A DNA stretch of 64,000 nucleotides from a virus. Lineage: Duplodnaviria; Caudoviricetes. This document shows positions 1 through 9,255 of the stretch, in pieces. The stretch is from positions 1,129-65,128 of IMG/VR virus record IMGVR_UViG_3300030372_002896, one strand, 5' to 3'. The number at the start of each line of letters is the position of its first letter. The stretch's first letter is position 1. Both the position numbers and the translations under genes were made by a program. Below the pieces are notes generated by a model. The model was not told where the DNA came from, ran no database searches, and saw nothing but the letters and a program-made list of their open reading frames with translations.

Positions 1-2
1 GC

Positions 3-170
3 CTCCTATCATACCTAATGGAATCAGGGGCCAAGCAGGAATCCAAGATGCGAATCATCCTTGCGCTCATCGAATCCGAGCGCGACATCATTGCGGGAAT
101 CAACCCCGAACTTATCCTTGCTAACTTCGTAAGAGGCTGCATTCCTACGGGGGTTTATCCGTCGGCGTGA
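3..170 (+). CDS. 3' end of a probable clamp-loader (RFC small subunit-like) gene, truncated by the window edge
   Basis: Open frame from base 3 reads ...KMRIILALIESERDIIAGINPELILANFVRGC...*, resembling the C-terminal helix of RFC subunits; it precedes the replication module. Not in the ORF track. Confidence 0.5.
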   Translation, partial: LLSYLMESGAKQESKMRIILALIESERDIIAGINPELILANFVRGCIPTGVYPSA

Positions 171-184
171 AGTTTATATGCGTA
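170..184 (+). promoter_or_regulatory. Archaeal TATA-box promoter of the replication operon
   Basis: AAGTTTATATGCGTA followed by GGAAGTGAA and ATG 218; the same 15-mer and GGAAGTGAA recur at about 5928-5942 before ATG 5960. Confidence 0.6.
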
Positions 185-217
185 GAAGGCAAGGGGAAAA
201 TACAGGAAGTGAAAGAC

Positions 218-1417
218 ATGACCAGCGACATGATGAAGAAAGTGGCAGCAAATGTGGGTGTATCTGAGGATGCGCTCAAGGCGAGAGCAGATGCGGTCCT
301 TGCAGAGCAAGGGGCAGCGTGGCGCAACGCCGGTAAGAATGATAATGAGTGCGAGGTATTCGCTCTCCGTGTGGCAGCACGACAGATGGCAAGCGAGGCA
401 GCGCGACTCAAGCGCAGCGGCGCAGAAACCGTAGAAGGTATGTTCATCAGTGTCCCGCGCTACAAGGATTGGGGCCAACTACTCTACCGCAAGATGGAGA
501 ATACTCTCAAGGCGGCAGACGATGATGCTCGTCAGGCACTTGTGACTCAGGGTCGCGTGGTCCTCCTGACTGACAATTACGACGGCACTTACACTCGTGC
601 TATCAACCCATCTCTACGCAGCAAGCAACCCTTTGAGGCTGACTATGACGAAGACGAGGTTAGGGAACTACCGAAGAACTGCAAGCAGTTGGATGACTCC
701 ACACACTTCTATGTGGTGTGGGATTCAAAGTCACCGACCTTCCCGTCCGGCGATTCTAACTTCAAGTATGGTGCTGCTCGTCCTACTAAGGAATTGGAGC
801 GAACCATGCAGTTCCTTACAGCAGATGGCGCAATCACAATCAAGGCCAGTGGGCCTGTGGCTGAGGATGCACCTCCTACCTTCGTTCCCGGCACTTACGC
901 AGTCCGCATGGGCCGCAACGGTGTGGGCTACGCCAAGCAGGGCGTATCTGTCTTCACGGCAGATGACGCTATCGCTTCTAAGTTCTCCGCTCCACCCTTC
1001 GATGTCGAAACAGGTGGACTGATGGGACAGATGCTCGGTGACGACATGCTACCTAACCTTGATGCTCTCGGACCATTCTACGATGCTAACAACGGCACAG
1101 ATGGTTGGTATGACCGACTCATCGGTGTTCTCACTGAGGTCATCAGTATCGAGCCACGCGACAACGGCGGCTACAACCTCGTCGTCGCTGACTTGGACAT
1201 CACCTCTATGGCTCCGGTCGTGGACATCTTCGTTCCGCCTTCTCAGGAGTCATTGATTGACTTCGCAGTCGGCACTAAGGTTCTCGTGATTGGTCAGCCG
1301 TGGAAGACCCGCGAAGATGAATATCGCCTCTCTATCAACGGTTGGTGGGCATTCGACGCAATTGCTCCTATGGCAGACCTACCAGCAGACGCACAGGATG
1401 ACGGGTGGGACGCATGA
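218..1417 (+). CDS. Probable ssDNA-binding (RPA/OB-fold-like) protein
   Basis: 400-aa ORF (ATG 218 after SD-like GGAAGTGA) with beta-rich C-terminal part (VLTEVISIEPR...VGTKVLVIG) and acidic tail (DAQDDGWDA); position in replication module. Function is inferred. Confidence 0.4.
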   Translation: MTSDMMKKVAANVGVSEDALKARADAVLAEQGAAWRNAGKNDNECEVFALRVAARQMASEAARLKRSGAETVEGMFISVPRYKDWGQLLYRKMENTLKAADDDARQALVTQGRVVLLTDNYDGTYTRAINPSLRSKQPFEADYDEDEVRELPKNCKQLDDSTHFYVVWDSKSPTFPSGDSNFKYGAARPTKELERTMQFLTADGAITIKASGPVAEDAPPTFVPGTYAVRMGRNGVGYAKQGVSVFTADDAIASKFSAPPFDVETGGLMGQMLGDDMLPNLDALGPFYDANNGTDGWYDRLIGVLTEVISIEPRDNGGYNLVVADLDITSMAPVVDIFVPPSQESLIDFAVGTKVLVIGQPWKTREDEYRLSINGWWAFDAIAPMADLPADAQDDGWDA

Positions 1418-2361
1418 GTTGGGGCAACGCTACAAAGACAGCCCCGGCTGCTACTCCTAACCCTGCCATGAAGACGGCTTACGATGTCGACTACTACAAG
1501 GCTCTGTTCAACAACAACCAAGCGAAGTATCGCCCTGTCCGCATGGCCCTCGTTGGTCGTGAGAACACGGCTAAGACCGGGCTGGCTCTTGACCTCTGCC
1601 GAGCAGAAATCGAGGCTGGCAAGAAGGTCGTAATCTTGGATGTGGACAATTCCGCAAAGCAGACAGTGGACTATCTGTTCCCCGGCAAGGAGAACGTCGT
1701 TGTCCTACCTCTATTCGATGAGATGGACGAATCTATCTTCAATGAGGATAACTCCGCAAACCACACGGCTCTCATTGACAAAGTATCATGGTTCACCAAC
1801 ATCATCGCTGACCAGATAAAGGATGGCGAGGAATATGCCGCAGTCATCTTCGACGGCGGCTCAACATTCCTCAAGTGGTGCGAACAGGCTATGACTCAAT
1901 CTCTCCTACGCCGAGGTGTAATCAAGGAAGAAGGCGACTCCTTCAATCAGAAGGAATGGCGCGAGCGTAACCGTCTATTCCAAAATACTATCCAGCGCAT
2001 CCACGGATTGGATGTGCCAAAGGTATTCTTTACATTCCACTTGAAGGCCATTCAGGAGTATGTGGACAACGGCTCTGGTGGCAAGGTTCTGATGACCGTG
2101 GGCGAACGCCCTGAGTGGGACAAAGGAACAATGCGTTGCTTCTCACAGCAAATCTTCCTCACACGCTACATGAAGCGTCCTGACCCCGCCGCTGGTGTCA
2201 AGGGTGACAAGACACTCGCTGATGGCGAGTGGGCAGTCAGGGCTAACATCGAAGAGATGAAGGGCCAGCACATGGAGCATCTTGGCGAGACACATACTAT
2301 TCTATCCGTGAAGGATAAGAAGGTTAAGTGGAATGGTCTACCGTTCTTAGTTTGGGAGTGA
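1414..2361 (+). CDS. P-loop ATPase (RecA-like/AAA_24-type, possible recombination ATPase)
   Basis: Walker A variant LVGRENTAKT, VILDVD strand, Walker B-like VIFDGG; ATGA overlap with upstream stop. Confidence 0.65.
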   Translation: MSWGNATKTAPAATPNPAMKTAYDVDYYKALFNNNQAKYRPVRMALVGRENTAKTGLALDLCRAEIEAGKKVVILDVDNSAKQTVDYLFPGKENVVVLPLFDEMDESIFNEDNSANHTALIDKVSWFTNIIADQIKDGEEYAAVIFDGGSTFLKWCEQAMTQSLLRRGVIKEEGDSFNQKEWRERNRLFQNTIQRIHGLDVPKVFFTFHLKAIQEYVDNGSGGKVLMTVGERPEWDKGTMRCFSQQIFLTRYMKRPDPAAGVKGDKTLADGEWAVRANIEEMKGQHMEHLGETHTILSVKDKKVKWNGLPFLVWE

Positions 2362-2366
2362 TTTTC

Positions 2367-3170
2367 ATGGAGTTCGACAACGCGGCCCTCACCCGACTCC
2401 TAACGCTAACCAAGCGTCAGCACATCATCGCTGGCAAGAAGCAGAATCAAGTGGAAGGCACTATGCTCCACACTAACTTAGGGAGATGCTATACCACGAA
2501 TCTCGTTCGTGATGGTGTCTCTTCTCTAAGTCGTTTCTCTATGGCTTGCGATGGCGAGAAGACCATCCCAGTTCCAAACATTGATACCTTGCTCGGTGTT
2601 TTGCCGTATCACTCGGCCACGGTCAAGTTGAATTGGGATGATAACAGGCTCAAGGTCAAGTCCTCAAGCAAGCAGACGACAATCACAGCCAGTAGCAACG
2701 CACCAGCATTTGCTAACTCACAGGATTCTCTCGCCATCTGGTCGAGCAAGAGTGACGATAGGTCTGCACAAATTGACCCATCAACAGGGACATACAAAAT
2801 GCAGAGTGGTGAGACACGCAAGCCTATTCTATCTGTCACTCTGACTGGCAATGAATTGTATGAGGCACTACGTTGCGATGCAATCAACGGTCAGAAGTTG
2901 AATCGCTATACTTTCTGTGTAGATAACGACGGATTGAGCGTCGAAGTAGGTGATGAGTTGAAGGGTAAGACCTCAACAAACCTAAGTCCAGACAACACAA
3001 ACGGCGAGTTCAATGTTACCTTTGAGGGCGGTCTTGATACTGTCCTAAAACACTACCCCGGTGATGTGCAATTACACTTCATCGACTTCCGAGAAGAGGG
3101 TCAAGGAATCCGTCTTCTAATCCATCTCGCAGACGGAGATTTCGTCTTCCAAGCGGGACTACTAAGGTGA
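2367..3170 (+). CDS. Probable DNA sliding clamp (PCNA-like)
   Basis: About 267 aa, two similar alpha/beta halves, located between clamp-loader and polB genes; ATG 2367 follows GGAGTGA. No diagnostic motif, so context-based. Confidence 0.5.
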   Translation: MEFDNAALTRLLTLTKRQHIIAGKKQNQVEGTMLHTNLGRCYTTNLVRDGVSSLSRFSMACDGEKTIPVPNIDTLLGVLPYHSATVKLNWDDNRLKVKSSSKQTTITASSNAPAFANSQDSLAIWSSKSDDRSAQIDPSTGTYKMQSGETRKPILSVTLTGNELYEALRCDAINGQKLNRYTFCVDNDGLSVEVGDELKGKTSTNLSPDNTNGEFNVTFEGGLDTVLKHYPGDVQLHFIDFREEGQGIRLLIHLADGDFVFQAGLLR

Positions 3171-3469
3171 TTAAAGTGAAAGCAGAAATAACTCTAACAG
3201 ATGATGAAGGCAACACAAACATGATTACACTATACCCGGAGGACGGTCCTTACTCGGTCGTTCTTGATGGTTATGTGTTCTCAGCCCATGTGGTGCATTT
3301 GAAGAAAGAATACAGGAATAAGGATTGGCTATACAACGCCTACTCCGTTGAAGGACGGAGCATGGCTGATATTGGAGCCGAGCAAGGTGTGACCCCGATG
3401 GCAATACGCGATTGGTTGGTCAAGCACGAGATTCCTACCCGCCCACGAGGACGGCGTAAGGAAGATTGA
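3167..3469 (+). CDS. Small protein with C-terminal helix-turn-helix
   Basis: SMADIGAEQGVTPMAIRDWLVKHEIPTR is a typical HTH pattern. Confidence 0.6.
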   Translation: MIKVKAEITLTDDEGNTNMITLYPEDGPYSVVLDGYVFSAHVVHLKKEYRNKDWLYNAYSVEGRSMADIGAEQGVTPMAIRDWLVKHEIPTRPRGRRKED

Positions 3470-3471
3470 TT

Positions 3472-3581
3472 ACACTCACGGGGTTTGCCCGGATAAAAAC
3501 AGCGAAGAGGGTCATGTCCCGGCAACGGGGCGGGCGGGGGAGGCCCTTCCTCCTACCTTCCTGCTGTTCCCCAATGAGTGT
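3472..3581 (+). ncRNA. Intercistronic structured RNA element of unknown class
   Basis: Nested stems ACACTCA/TGAGTGT, GGGG/CCCC, AACAGC/GCTGTT, GAAG/CTTC, AGGGTC/GGCCCT and inner hairpin GTCCCG-GCAA-CGGGGC (GNRA loop); G-U pairs favour the + strand. Confidence 0.5.
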
Positions 3582-3598
3582 CTTTAGGAGGAATTGAT

Positions 3599-3724
3599 AT
3601 GAAAGATAGGTGTGATTGGTGTTTTAACGTAGCGTGTGTTCACCCGCTGATGCGTATTTGCCACCCCTGTTACACCGACTACCTTAAGTCCCAACCCAAA
3701 TCTGATAAGTGGTGGTTGCGATGA
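3599..3724 (+). CDS. 41-aa zinc-finger microprotein
   Basis: AGGAGG SD then MKDRCDWCFNVACVHPLMRICHPCYTDY...; stop overlaps the polB ATG. Not in the ORF track. Confidence 0.6.
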   Translation: MKDRCDWCFNVACVHPLMRICHPCYTDYLKSQPKSDKWWLR

Positions 3725-5925
3725 TAGTTGAGCAGGGAAGAGGCCGTGAGGTCATCATACGATACCGTGACGAAGATGGCAACCGCAAGGTAATCATGGA
3801 TAAAGACCATTGGCCTTATGCGTTTGTAGAGGACGAGTCGGCAGCATGGATTCAGGCTGTTCGTAAGGAGGATGGTTACAAAGGTCTATATGGAGAACCT
3901 CTGACTAAGATGGTAGTCGCTAATCCTGAGCAACTGAGGAACCTACGAGAAATTGGACCCACATGGGAAGCAAACATCCCTTTCGTCAATCGAGTTCTCG
4001 CAGACAGGACTAACGAGGGTATGGACCCCATCCCTAACTACAATCACCGAGTATGGTATCTTGATTGTGAGTGGTCGCCAGATAGCGGCGACATGAGAAT
4101 CATGGTTGTTTATGACTCATACACCGAGAAGGAGTATGTTTGGTTCATTCACCCTGACCACGCCCCCGGAAGATACGATAAGGTAGGAGATTACGAATAT
4201 GCAACCAAAGCCATGTGCTTCAACGATGAGAAGTCCATGCTTGAACATTTCGTCAACCATATGAAGAGATGTGACCCCGACATTATCACGGGCTGGTTCG
4301 TGGTAGGGGCGGACATGAAGAGGATTGCAGAGCGATGTCGCTTCCACAACATCAACCCCGGCAATATGTCTCCACTACGTCGCTTCCGATGGAAGTTCGG
4401 TGATTGGGACCAACCCATCGCTGGAAGGAACTGTATTGACTTGATGCTAGGATTCTCAAAGTTATGGGAGATGAAGAATGGTAAGTTGCCATCCTACAAG
4501 TTGGATGATGTGGCCGAGGAATGCCTCAAGGACCGCAAGATTGCGTTACCTGACGGCCACGATACCTATTGGTCCGACCTTCCCCTCTACCTACACTATG
4601 CGCGACAGGATGTGCGTCTTTTGCCACGCCTCAACGGTCTGGTAAATGCTATCGAGTATTACTGTGCTATCCAACACATCGTTCAGTGTGACATACGCTC
4701 CACTCCTTTTGTAACTAAGGTGTTCACATCCCTCGCTCTACGAGATAAGGAGTTCCACGAGAGAATACCTACCAAGCCTCAGTTCGACTTTAGACCATAC
4801 TCTGGTGCAGAAGTTATGGAAGTTGAGCCGGGGATTTATAACAATATGGGAATCCTTGATATTAGAGCAATGTATCACTCCAACGCCGAGTTGCACAACA
4901 TTAGTTGGGACACTCTGGATGACGACGGAGATGATTGTGGTAATGGAATCCGATTCCGTAAGGGGGAACCCGGCCTTCTTGTTAGACAGATGGAGAACAT
5001 GACTCATCTACGAAACCACTTCAAGTTGCTGATGAAGGATGACCCGGATAACCACGATAAGTGGGACACGATGCAGTTCGCATGTAAGAGCCTAGTTGCT
5101 TCAATGTATGGTGCTGCTGGCGATTCAAAGTATGGTCTGTATCACCCTGATGTGGCCGCAGCAATTACCTACACATCTCGTCAAACGCTTGGTCGTCTTC
5201 GTGACCTTGCCAACGAGGAAGGGCTTACGGTGCGCTACGGGCATACAGACAGCGTATTCTGCGAGGTTCCAAGTCCAGAGGTAGGTGCGGAAGCACTGGC
5301 CCGTATAAACGATAAGATGTTCCCTATCGTGACCGAGTTTGAGAAGTGGTGCAGTAGTATGGTTCTCATGGCTAAGAACCGATACGCTGGTTTGACCACA
5401 TGGACTGATGGCGAATACCACGAACCATCGTTGTATATCAAGGGTATTGAGTTGAAGCAATCTCGTATGCCTCCTGTGATGAAGGACGCCATGAAGCAAA
5501 CACTCGATGCTATGTTGTCAGGTAGGCCAGAAGTAGCAATTACTAATAATCTCACATCTCTTATTGACGAGATTGTGTCTGGTGAATGCCCCATCCGAGA
5601 TGTTTGCATGAAGGGTAAATTAGAAAAGCCACTCGGACAATACAAGGTTCTTTCAGAAGGGAGGGCTGGTGCGGCTTGGGCCAACGAGCATCTTGGTAAG
5701 GGCTACGGTGCTGGCTCATTCTTCCTCGTGACATTGGACTCTCGCGGCAAATACATCGCTTTTGATGACCCGTCTGAAATCGAGGGTATTGCTAAGATTG
5801 GCTACCGAACCCTCGCTGAGAAGTTCGTAGTCAATAAGGTCATTCCGTATTACGAAGTTATGGGTTGGGATTACCAGCCCCTACACAACGCTCTGAACGG
5901 CCTAAGCGACACGGGATGGCTATGA
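3721..5925 (+). CDS. polB: Family B DNA polymerase with 3'-5' exonuclease
   Basis: Exo motifs YLDCEW and YARQD; polymerase motifs DIRAMYHS, KSLVASMYG, YGHTDS, KNRYAG, KGIE. Confidence 0.93.
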   Translation: MIVEQGRGREVIIRYRDEDGNRKVIMDKDHWPYAFVEDESAAWIQAVRKEDGYKGLYGEPLTKMVVANPEQLRNLREIGPTWEANIPFVNRVLADRTNEGMDPIPNYNHRVWYLDCEWSPDSGDMRIMVVYDSYTEKEYVWFIHPDHAPGRYDKVGDYEYATKAMCFNDEKSMLEHFVNHMKRCDPDIITGWFVVGADMKRIAERCRFHNINPGNMSPLRRFRWKFGDWDQPIAGRNCIDLMLGFSKLWEMKNGKLPSYKLDDVAEECLKDRKIALPDGHDTYWSDLPLYLHYARQDVRLLPRLNGLVNAIEYYCAIQHIVQCDIRSTPFVTKVFTSLALRDKEFHERIPTKPQFDFRPYSGAEVMEVEPGIYNNMGILDIRAMYHSNAELHNISWDTLDDDGDDCGNGIRFRKGEPGLLVRQMENMTHLRNHFKLLMKDDPDNHDKWDTMQFACKSLVASMYGAAGDSKYGLYHPDVAAAITYTSRQTLGRLRDLANEEGLTVRYGHTDSVFCEVPSPEVGAEALARINDKMFPIVTEFEKWCSSMVLMAKNRYAGLTTWTDGEYHEPSLYIKGIELKQSRMPPVMKDAMKQTLDAMLSGRPEVAITNNLTSLIDEIVSGECPIRDVCMKGKLEKPLGQYKVLSEGRAGAAWANEHLGKGYGAGSFFLVTLDSRGKYIAFDDPSEIEGIAKIGYRTLAEKFVVNKVIPYYEVMGWDYQPLHNALNGLSDTGWL

Positions 5926-5959
5926 GCAAGTTTATATGCGTAAAAGGGAAGTGAATAAT

Positions 5960-6256
5960 ATGGCAAGAGGAAGAAAGATGACCATGCGTGAGGTCGAGGA
6001 CCAACTAAAGGACACCCGACTTTACATCGGACAGTTCTCACAGGCTGTCTCTATGGACATACACCGATTGAACATAATCCTCTTCTCCTACCTCAAGGAA
6101 GTGGGTGCTGCGGAAGAAGTAACCTGCTCGTCCTGCAAGCAAGAGATTCTAATCCCACTTATTGAGGGGCTGGACAGGGAGACACACTGTCCCTCCTGCA
6201 ACGCTCCTTTGGATGACGGTCAGAAAAGCCTTGACGATTACACGGAGGAAGAGTGA
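5960..6256 (+). CDS. Zinc-ribbon protein
   Basis: CSSC...CPSC; own TATA promoter at about 5928-5942. Confidence 0.6.
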   Translation: MARGRKMTMREVEDQLKDTRLYIGQFSQAVSMDIHRLNIILFSYLKEVGAAEEVTCSSCKQEILIPLIEGLDRETHCPSCNAPLDDGQKSLDDYTEEE

Positions 6257-6397
6257 ATGAACGAATACGATGAAATAGTCCACGGTTTAATCCGATATAT
6301 CAGCGGCCTTCGTCGGGGTAGGTCTAACGATGATTACATCTCGCGGGAAGTTGTAGCAGCATCCCTTGAACATATCTTGGGGGCAAAGGTTGAATGA
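6257..6397 (+). CDS. Hypothetical 46-aa protein
   Basis: MNEYDEIVHGLIRY...; fills the gap exactly, coupled to both neighbours. Confidence 0.5.
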   Translation: MNEYDEIVHGLIRYISGLRRGRSNDDYISREVVAASLEHILGAKVE

Positions 6398-7245
6398 CCG
6401 ATGCCACCCCTGAACAGGTGGCTAATTCGTCCTACTCACCGGGCGAGAAGCCCATACTGCGTATATCCAAGTCGTCCTTCATGGGCTACAACAAGTGTCC
6501 TCGCCAGTTCTGGTGGAGATACGTTAGTGGTGTGCCTTCTCCCCCGGTCGGAGAAGCAGCCATCAGAGGAACTGCTATCCACACTGTTATGGAAGTAGCA
6601 CTGGTTGACGGCCCCGATGCCATCCCTGCTACCGCTGAGGAAGAGGGTGTTGGTGACGACCCCGGCGTTGATGAAATGGCCGGTCTTATTCACAGCATCG
6701 CTGCCACTCTTGGCGGTCTTGATGTGGTAGAGGTCGAAGAAAAGAGGTATCTCTATGAGGATTTCCAAAGCGAGAATCTTGGTGTTATACCTGTGATTTG
6801 GAGCGGTATGATTGACGGTGTTCTACGTCATCCTGACGGCGGACTCATCGTCGTTGAGTTGAAGACAGGTAACATGAATCCTGCTAAATTAAGTAGGACT
6901 CGCAAGGAATTGGTATTCTATCACAGGATGCTTACAAGAGCAGGAATGGGAGAGGTAACACACTTCCTATACATCGCTCCTGATTGCACAGACGACCGTA
7001 TGTTGGACGAAGTTGGTAAGCGCGGTAAGACCGTGTGGCTCGGAGAAAACTGCGGAATCGCTGTTTTGGAGCCGGTTCCAAAGCGGTCACTTAATGTATT
7101 CCCACAATCCTTAAACAACACCGTGGAGAACATAGTTTCCCGTCAGTGGCCGATGAAGTGGAACGACTACTTCTGCGCCGAATGGTGTGATTTCTCCATG
7201 AGTTGCGAAGGTATTTTGGCTGGCATAACAGAGGATGTGGTATAA
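6394..7245 (+). CDS. Cas4-like / RecB-family PD-(D/E)xK nuclease
   Basis: N-terminal KCPRQ, catalytic IDGV...VVELKTG, C-terminal CAEWCDFSMSC (Fe-S-type cysteines). Confidence 0.85.
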   Translation: MTDATPEQVANSSYSPGEKPILRISKSSFMGYNKCPRQFWWRYVSGVPSPPVGEAAIRGTAIHTVMEVALVDGPDAIPATAEEEGVGDDPGVDEMAGLIHSIAATLGGLDVVEVEEKRYLYEDFQSENLGVIPVIWSGMIDGVLRHPDGGLIVVELKTGNMNPAKLSRTRKELVFYHRMLTRAGMGEVTHFLYIAPDCTDDRMLDEVGKRGKTVWLGENCGIAVLEPVPKRSLNVFPQSLNNTVENIVSRQWPMKWNDYFCAEWCDFSMSCEGILAGITEDVV

Positions 7246-7406
7246 TGAGCAAAGAAGTAACGGTATGTGCAAAAGATGACGGTAGCGGCAACTGTGAGTG
7301 GGTTGACCACATGACTCTATGGTCCGTTACCAGCGAAGAAGGGGGAGAGAGGAAGCCTATTGAGGTAGCAACCTGCTCTTGTGGAAATGAGCAGGTGGTT
7401 GGCTGA
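7245..7406 (+). CDS. Small Cys-containing protein
   Basis: TAATG overlap; MSKEVTVC...CEW...CSCG. Confidence 0.55.
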   Translation: MSKEVTVCAKDDGSGNCEWVDHMTLWSVTSEEGGERKPIEVATCSCGNEQVVG

Positions 7407-8420
7407 ATGCTGCTTTCGTTCCCTCGTGAGATAGGGCTACGGCGTAGCCTATGTCCTTCCCTTGACCGATATACTTCGTATGTAGATAAGGTCAACGGTA
7501 AGGCAAATTGCTATACCTCTCTCTTCTCATTCCGTGAGCGCGATTCTCAGCGTTCTTGGAAGCCTGATTACAACTCGGTAGTTATTGACCGAGCATGGTG
7601 GGACTTTGACAAGGGTGAGCGTGGCGGCATCGAAGATGTGAAGCGTGACGTAGCAACGCTAATCAATCGCTTAGAAGGTGATGTGAGGCTCGTCGCTACT
7701 GGTCGTGGCTTCCATGTCCACCAACTGTTCAAAGACCCCGTAATCGGCGGCACTTGGGACCGTAAGTTAGGTCGCTACGAGCGCAGCATGGCAGAAGACC
7801 TTGTGACTCTTGACGGCGTAGGATTCGCCAAGAAGATGACTCGGATTCCAGACACTTACAACATCAGTCGAGGCAGGTGGGCTGTCAACATAGACGCTCG
7901 TGACTTCGCTGCTGACCCACATGGCTACAACATTCCGCTGCGCCCATCAAGCGAGTTCGCACATCTTGACCCGTTCCGTGGGCAAAGTATGGATGCAACC
8001 TTCTCTATCACACGTTGGGCTGCCGAGAACCCTGAGAAGGAAGTATGGCATCCACAGGGCGAGTTCTCAGGTGAGATAGGCTCTCATGGGACTGTCCCTA
8101 TTCCTCCTTGCCTTGAACGCGCTATCAACGTAGAAAACCCCACACATGAAATCCGTGTGGCTCTCGTCCTACACATGGCTGAGAACCTACGATGGTTCGC
8201 CCCCGCATCTGGCGTATCTTCCGAGAAGAAGAAGGAAATGGAAGTTGAGATTGTGGATTACCTATCCACTCTTGAGTGGCGCGACTTCAATCCAACGGTG
8301 AGCAGAGGACACGTAAGAACTCTGCTTGAATACGACCGCTCACCATCATACCAGTGGTATCATGCACGAGGTCTGTGCAACACACCATGCTGGCTACACG
8401 ACAGGGAGAAGAGAACATGA
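7407..8420 (+). CDS. Archaeo-eukaryotic primase, PriS fused to a PriL-like C-terminal domain
   Basis: WWDFD, ATGRGFHVH and TRIP catalytic motifs; C-terminal IPPCL...HEIR...GLCNTPC. Confidence 0.85.
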   Translation: MLLSFPREIGLRRSLCPSLDRYTSYVDKVNGKANCYTSLFSFRERDSQRSWKPDYNSVVIDRAWWDFDKGERGGIEDVKRDVATLINRLEGDVRLVATGRGFHVHQLFKDPVIGGTWDRKLGRYERSMAEDLVTLDGVGFAKKMTRIPDTYNISRGRWAVNIDARDFAADPHGYNIPLRPSSEFAHLDPFRGQSMDATFSITRWAAENPEKEVWHPQGEFSGEIGSHGTVPIPPCLERAINVENPTHEIRVALVLHMAENLRWFAPASGVSSEKKKEMEVEIVDYLSTLEWRDFNPTVSRGHVRTLLEYDRSPSYQWYHARGLCNTPCWLHDREKRT

Positions 8421-8509
8421 CCTGCAAGTGCGTAGCGTGTTGGGGTCCGTTTGAGTCCCTGTTCGCAACTAAGTATTGTGATGACTGCAAACGATATATG
8501 GTTTCATAA
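8417..8509 (+). CDS. 30-aa zinc-finger microprotein
   Basis: MTCKCVACWGPFESLFATKYCDDCKRYMVS; ATGA overlap. Not in the ORF track. Confidence 0.5.
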   Translation: MTCKCVACWGPFESLFATKYCDDCKRYMVS

Positions 8510-8532
8510 GTGAATTACGCATATGAAACGAC

Positions 8533-9255
8533 ATGATTCTAATTGATGACCGCGAAAATGAAAAGGTTATCAACAAAATGCTGATGAGGGCTGGCGACTC
8601 ACAGCAAAGCAACGAGGGCATCGCTAAGGTCGCTCGTCTTGATTCTGCTGATTACATTATCGGTGAGATTGGTATAGAGGCAAAGGAGATAAACGACCTT
8701 TACCGTTCCATACTTGGTATCGGGCGTAACCGGACCATCGTGGCTCAGTTGCGCGACCTACAAGAAGCATTTGAGAACCCTATGCTGGTCGTCTATGGGA
8801 CTAAACTAAAGCCGTGGGTTCCGGGCGGTAGACCATCCTCACAGGCGATAGCGAGAGAGATGGCGAGAATGCGCTCAGTTATCAAGGCATTCAAGGTATC
8901 GTTCTACTCACGATTTCCTAAGATTCAATACATGGAGTTCTTGACAATGGATGACTTCGTAGAGTTTATCATTACAACGCACACAAACCTCACGATTACA
9001 GACAGGTTAGGTAAAGCACCTCAAGAGGTAAAGGTGGCTCAGACGGCTGACCTTGACCCACGCATTCGTGCGCTCTCATCTATCCGTGGAGTTACGCCGC
9101 ATATGGCAGAGCAGGTTCTTGACAGATTCGGTAGCATACCAAAGGTTCTGCATCCTAAGACGGCACAGAAGCACCTGATGGAGATACCCGGCATAGGAAG
9201 AGAGAAGGCTCGTCGCATCCTATCCCTACGCGACCCACTCACGAGAATGACTTGA
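8533..9255 (+). CDS. ERCC4/XPF (Hef-like) structure-specific nuclease with tandem HhH
   Basis: ILIDDRE, LDSADYII, IEAKEIND (ERKxxxD-like), then SIRGVTPHMA and EIPGIGREKA HhH motifs. Confidence 0.88.
   Translation: MILIDDRENEKVINKMLMRAGDSQQSNEGIAKVARLDSADYIIGEIGIEAKEINDLYRSILGIGRNRTIVAQLRDLQEAFENPMLVVYGTKLKPWVPGGRPSSQAIAREMARMRSVIKAFKVSFYSRFPKIQYMEFLTMDDFVEFIITTHTNLTITDRLGKAPQEVKVAQTADLDPRIRALSSIRGVTPHMAEQVLDRFGSIPKVLHPKTAQKHLMEIPGIGREKARRILSLRDPLTRMT

Noticed and set aside
6394-7245. Cas4-like gene as part of a CRISPR-Cas system
   Set aside because: No cas1, cas2 or array; solo Cas4-like nucleases are routine in viral replication modules.
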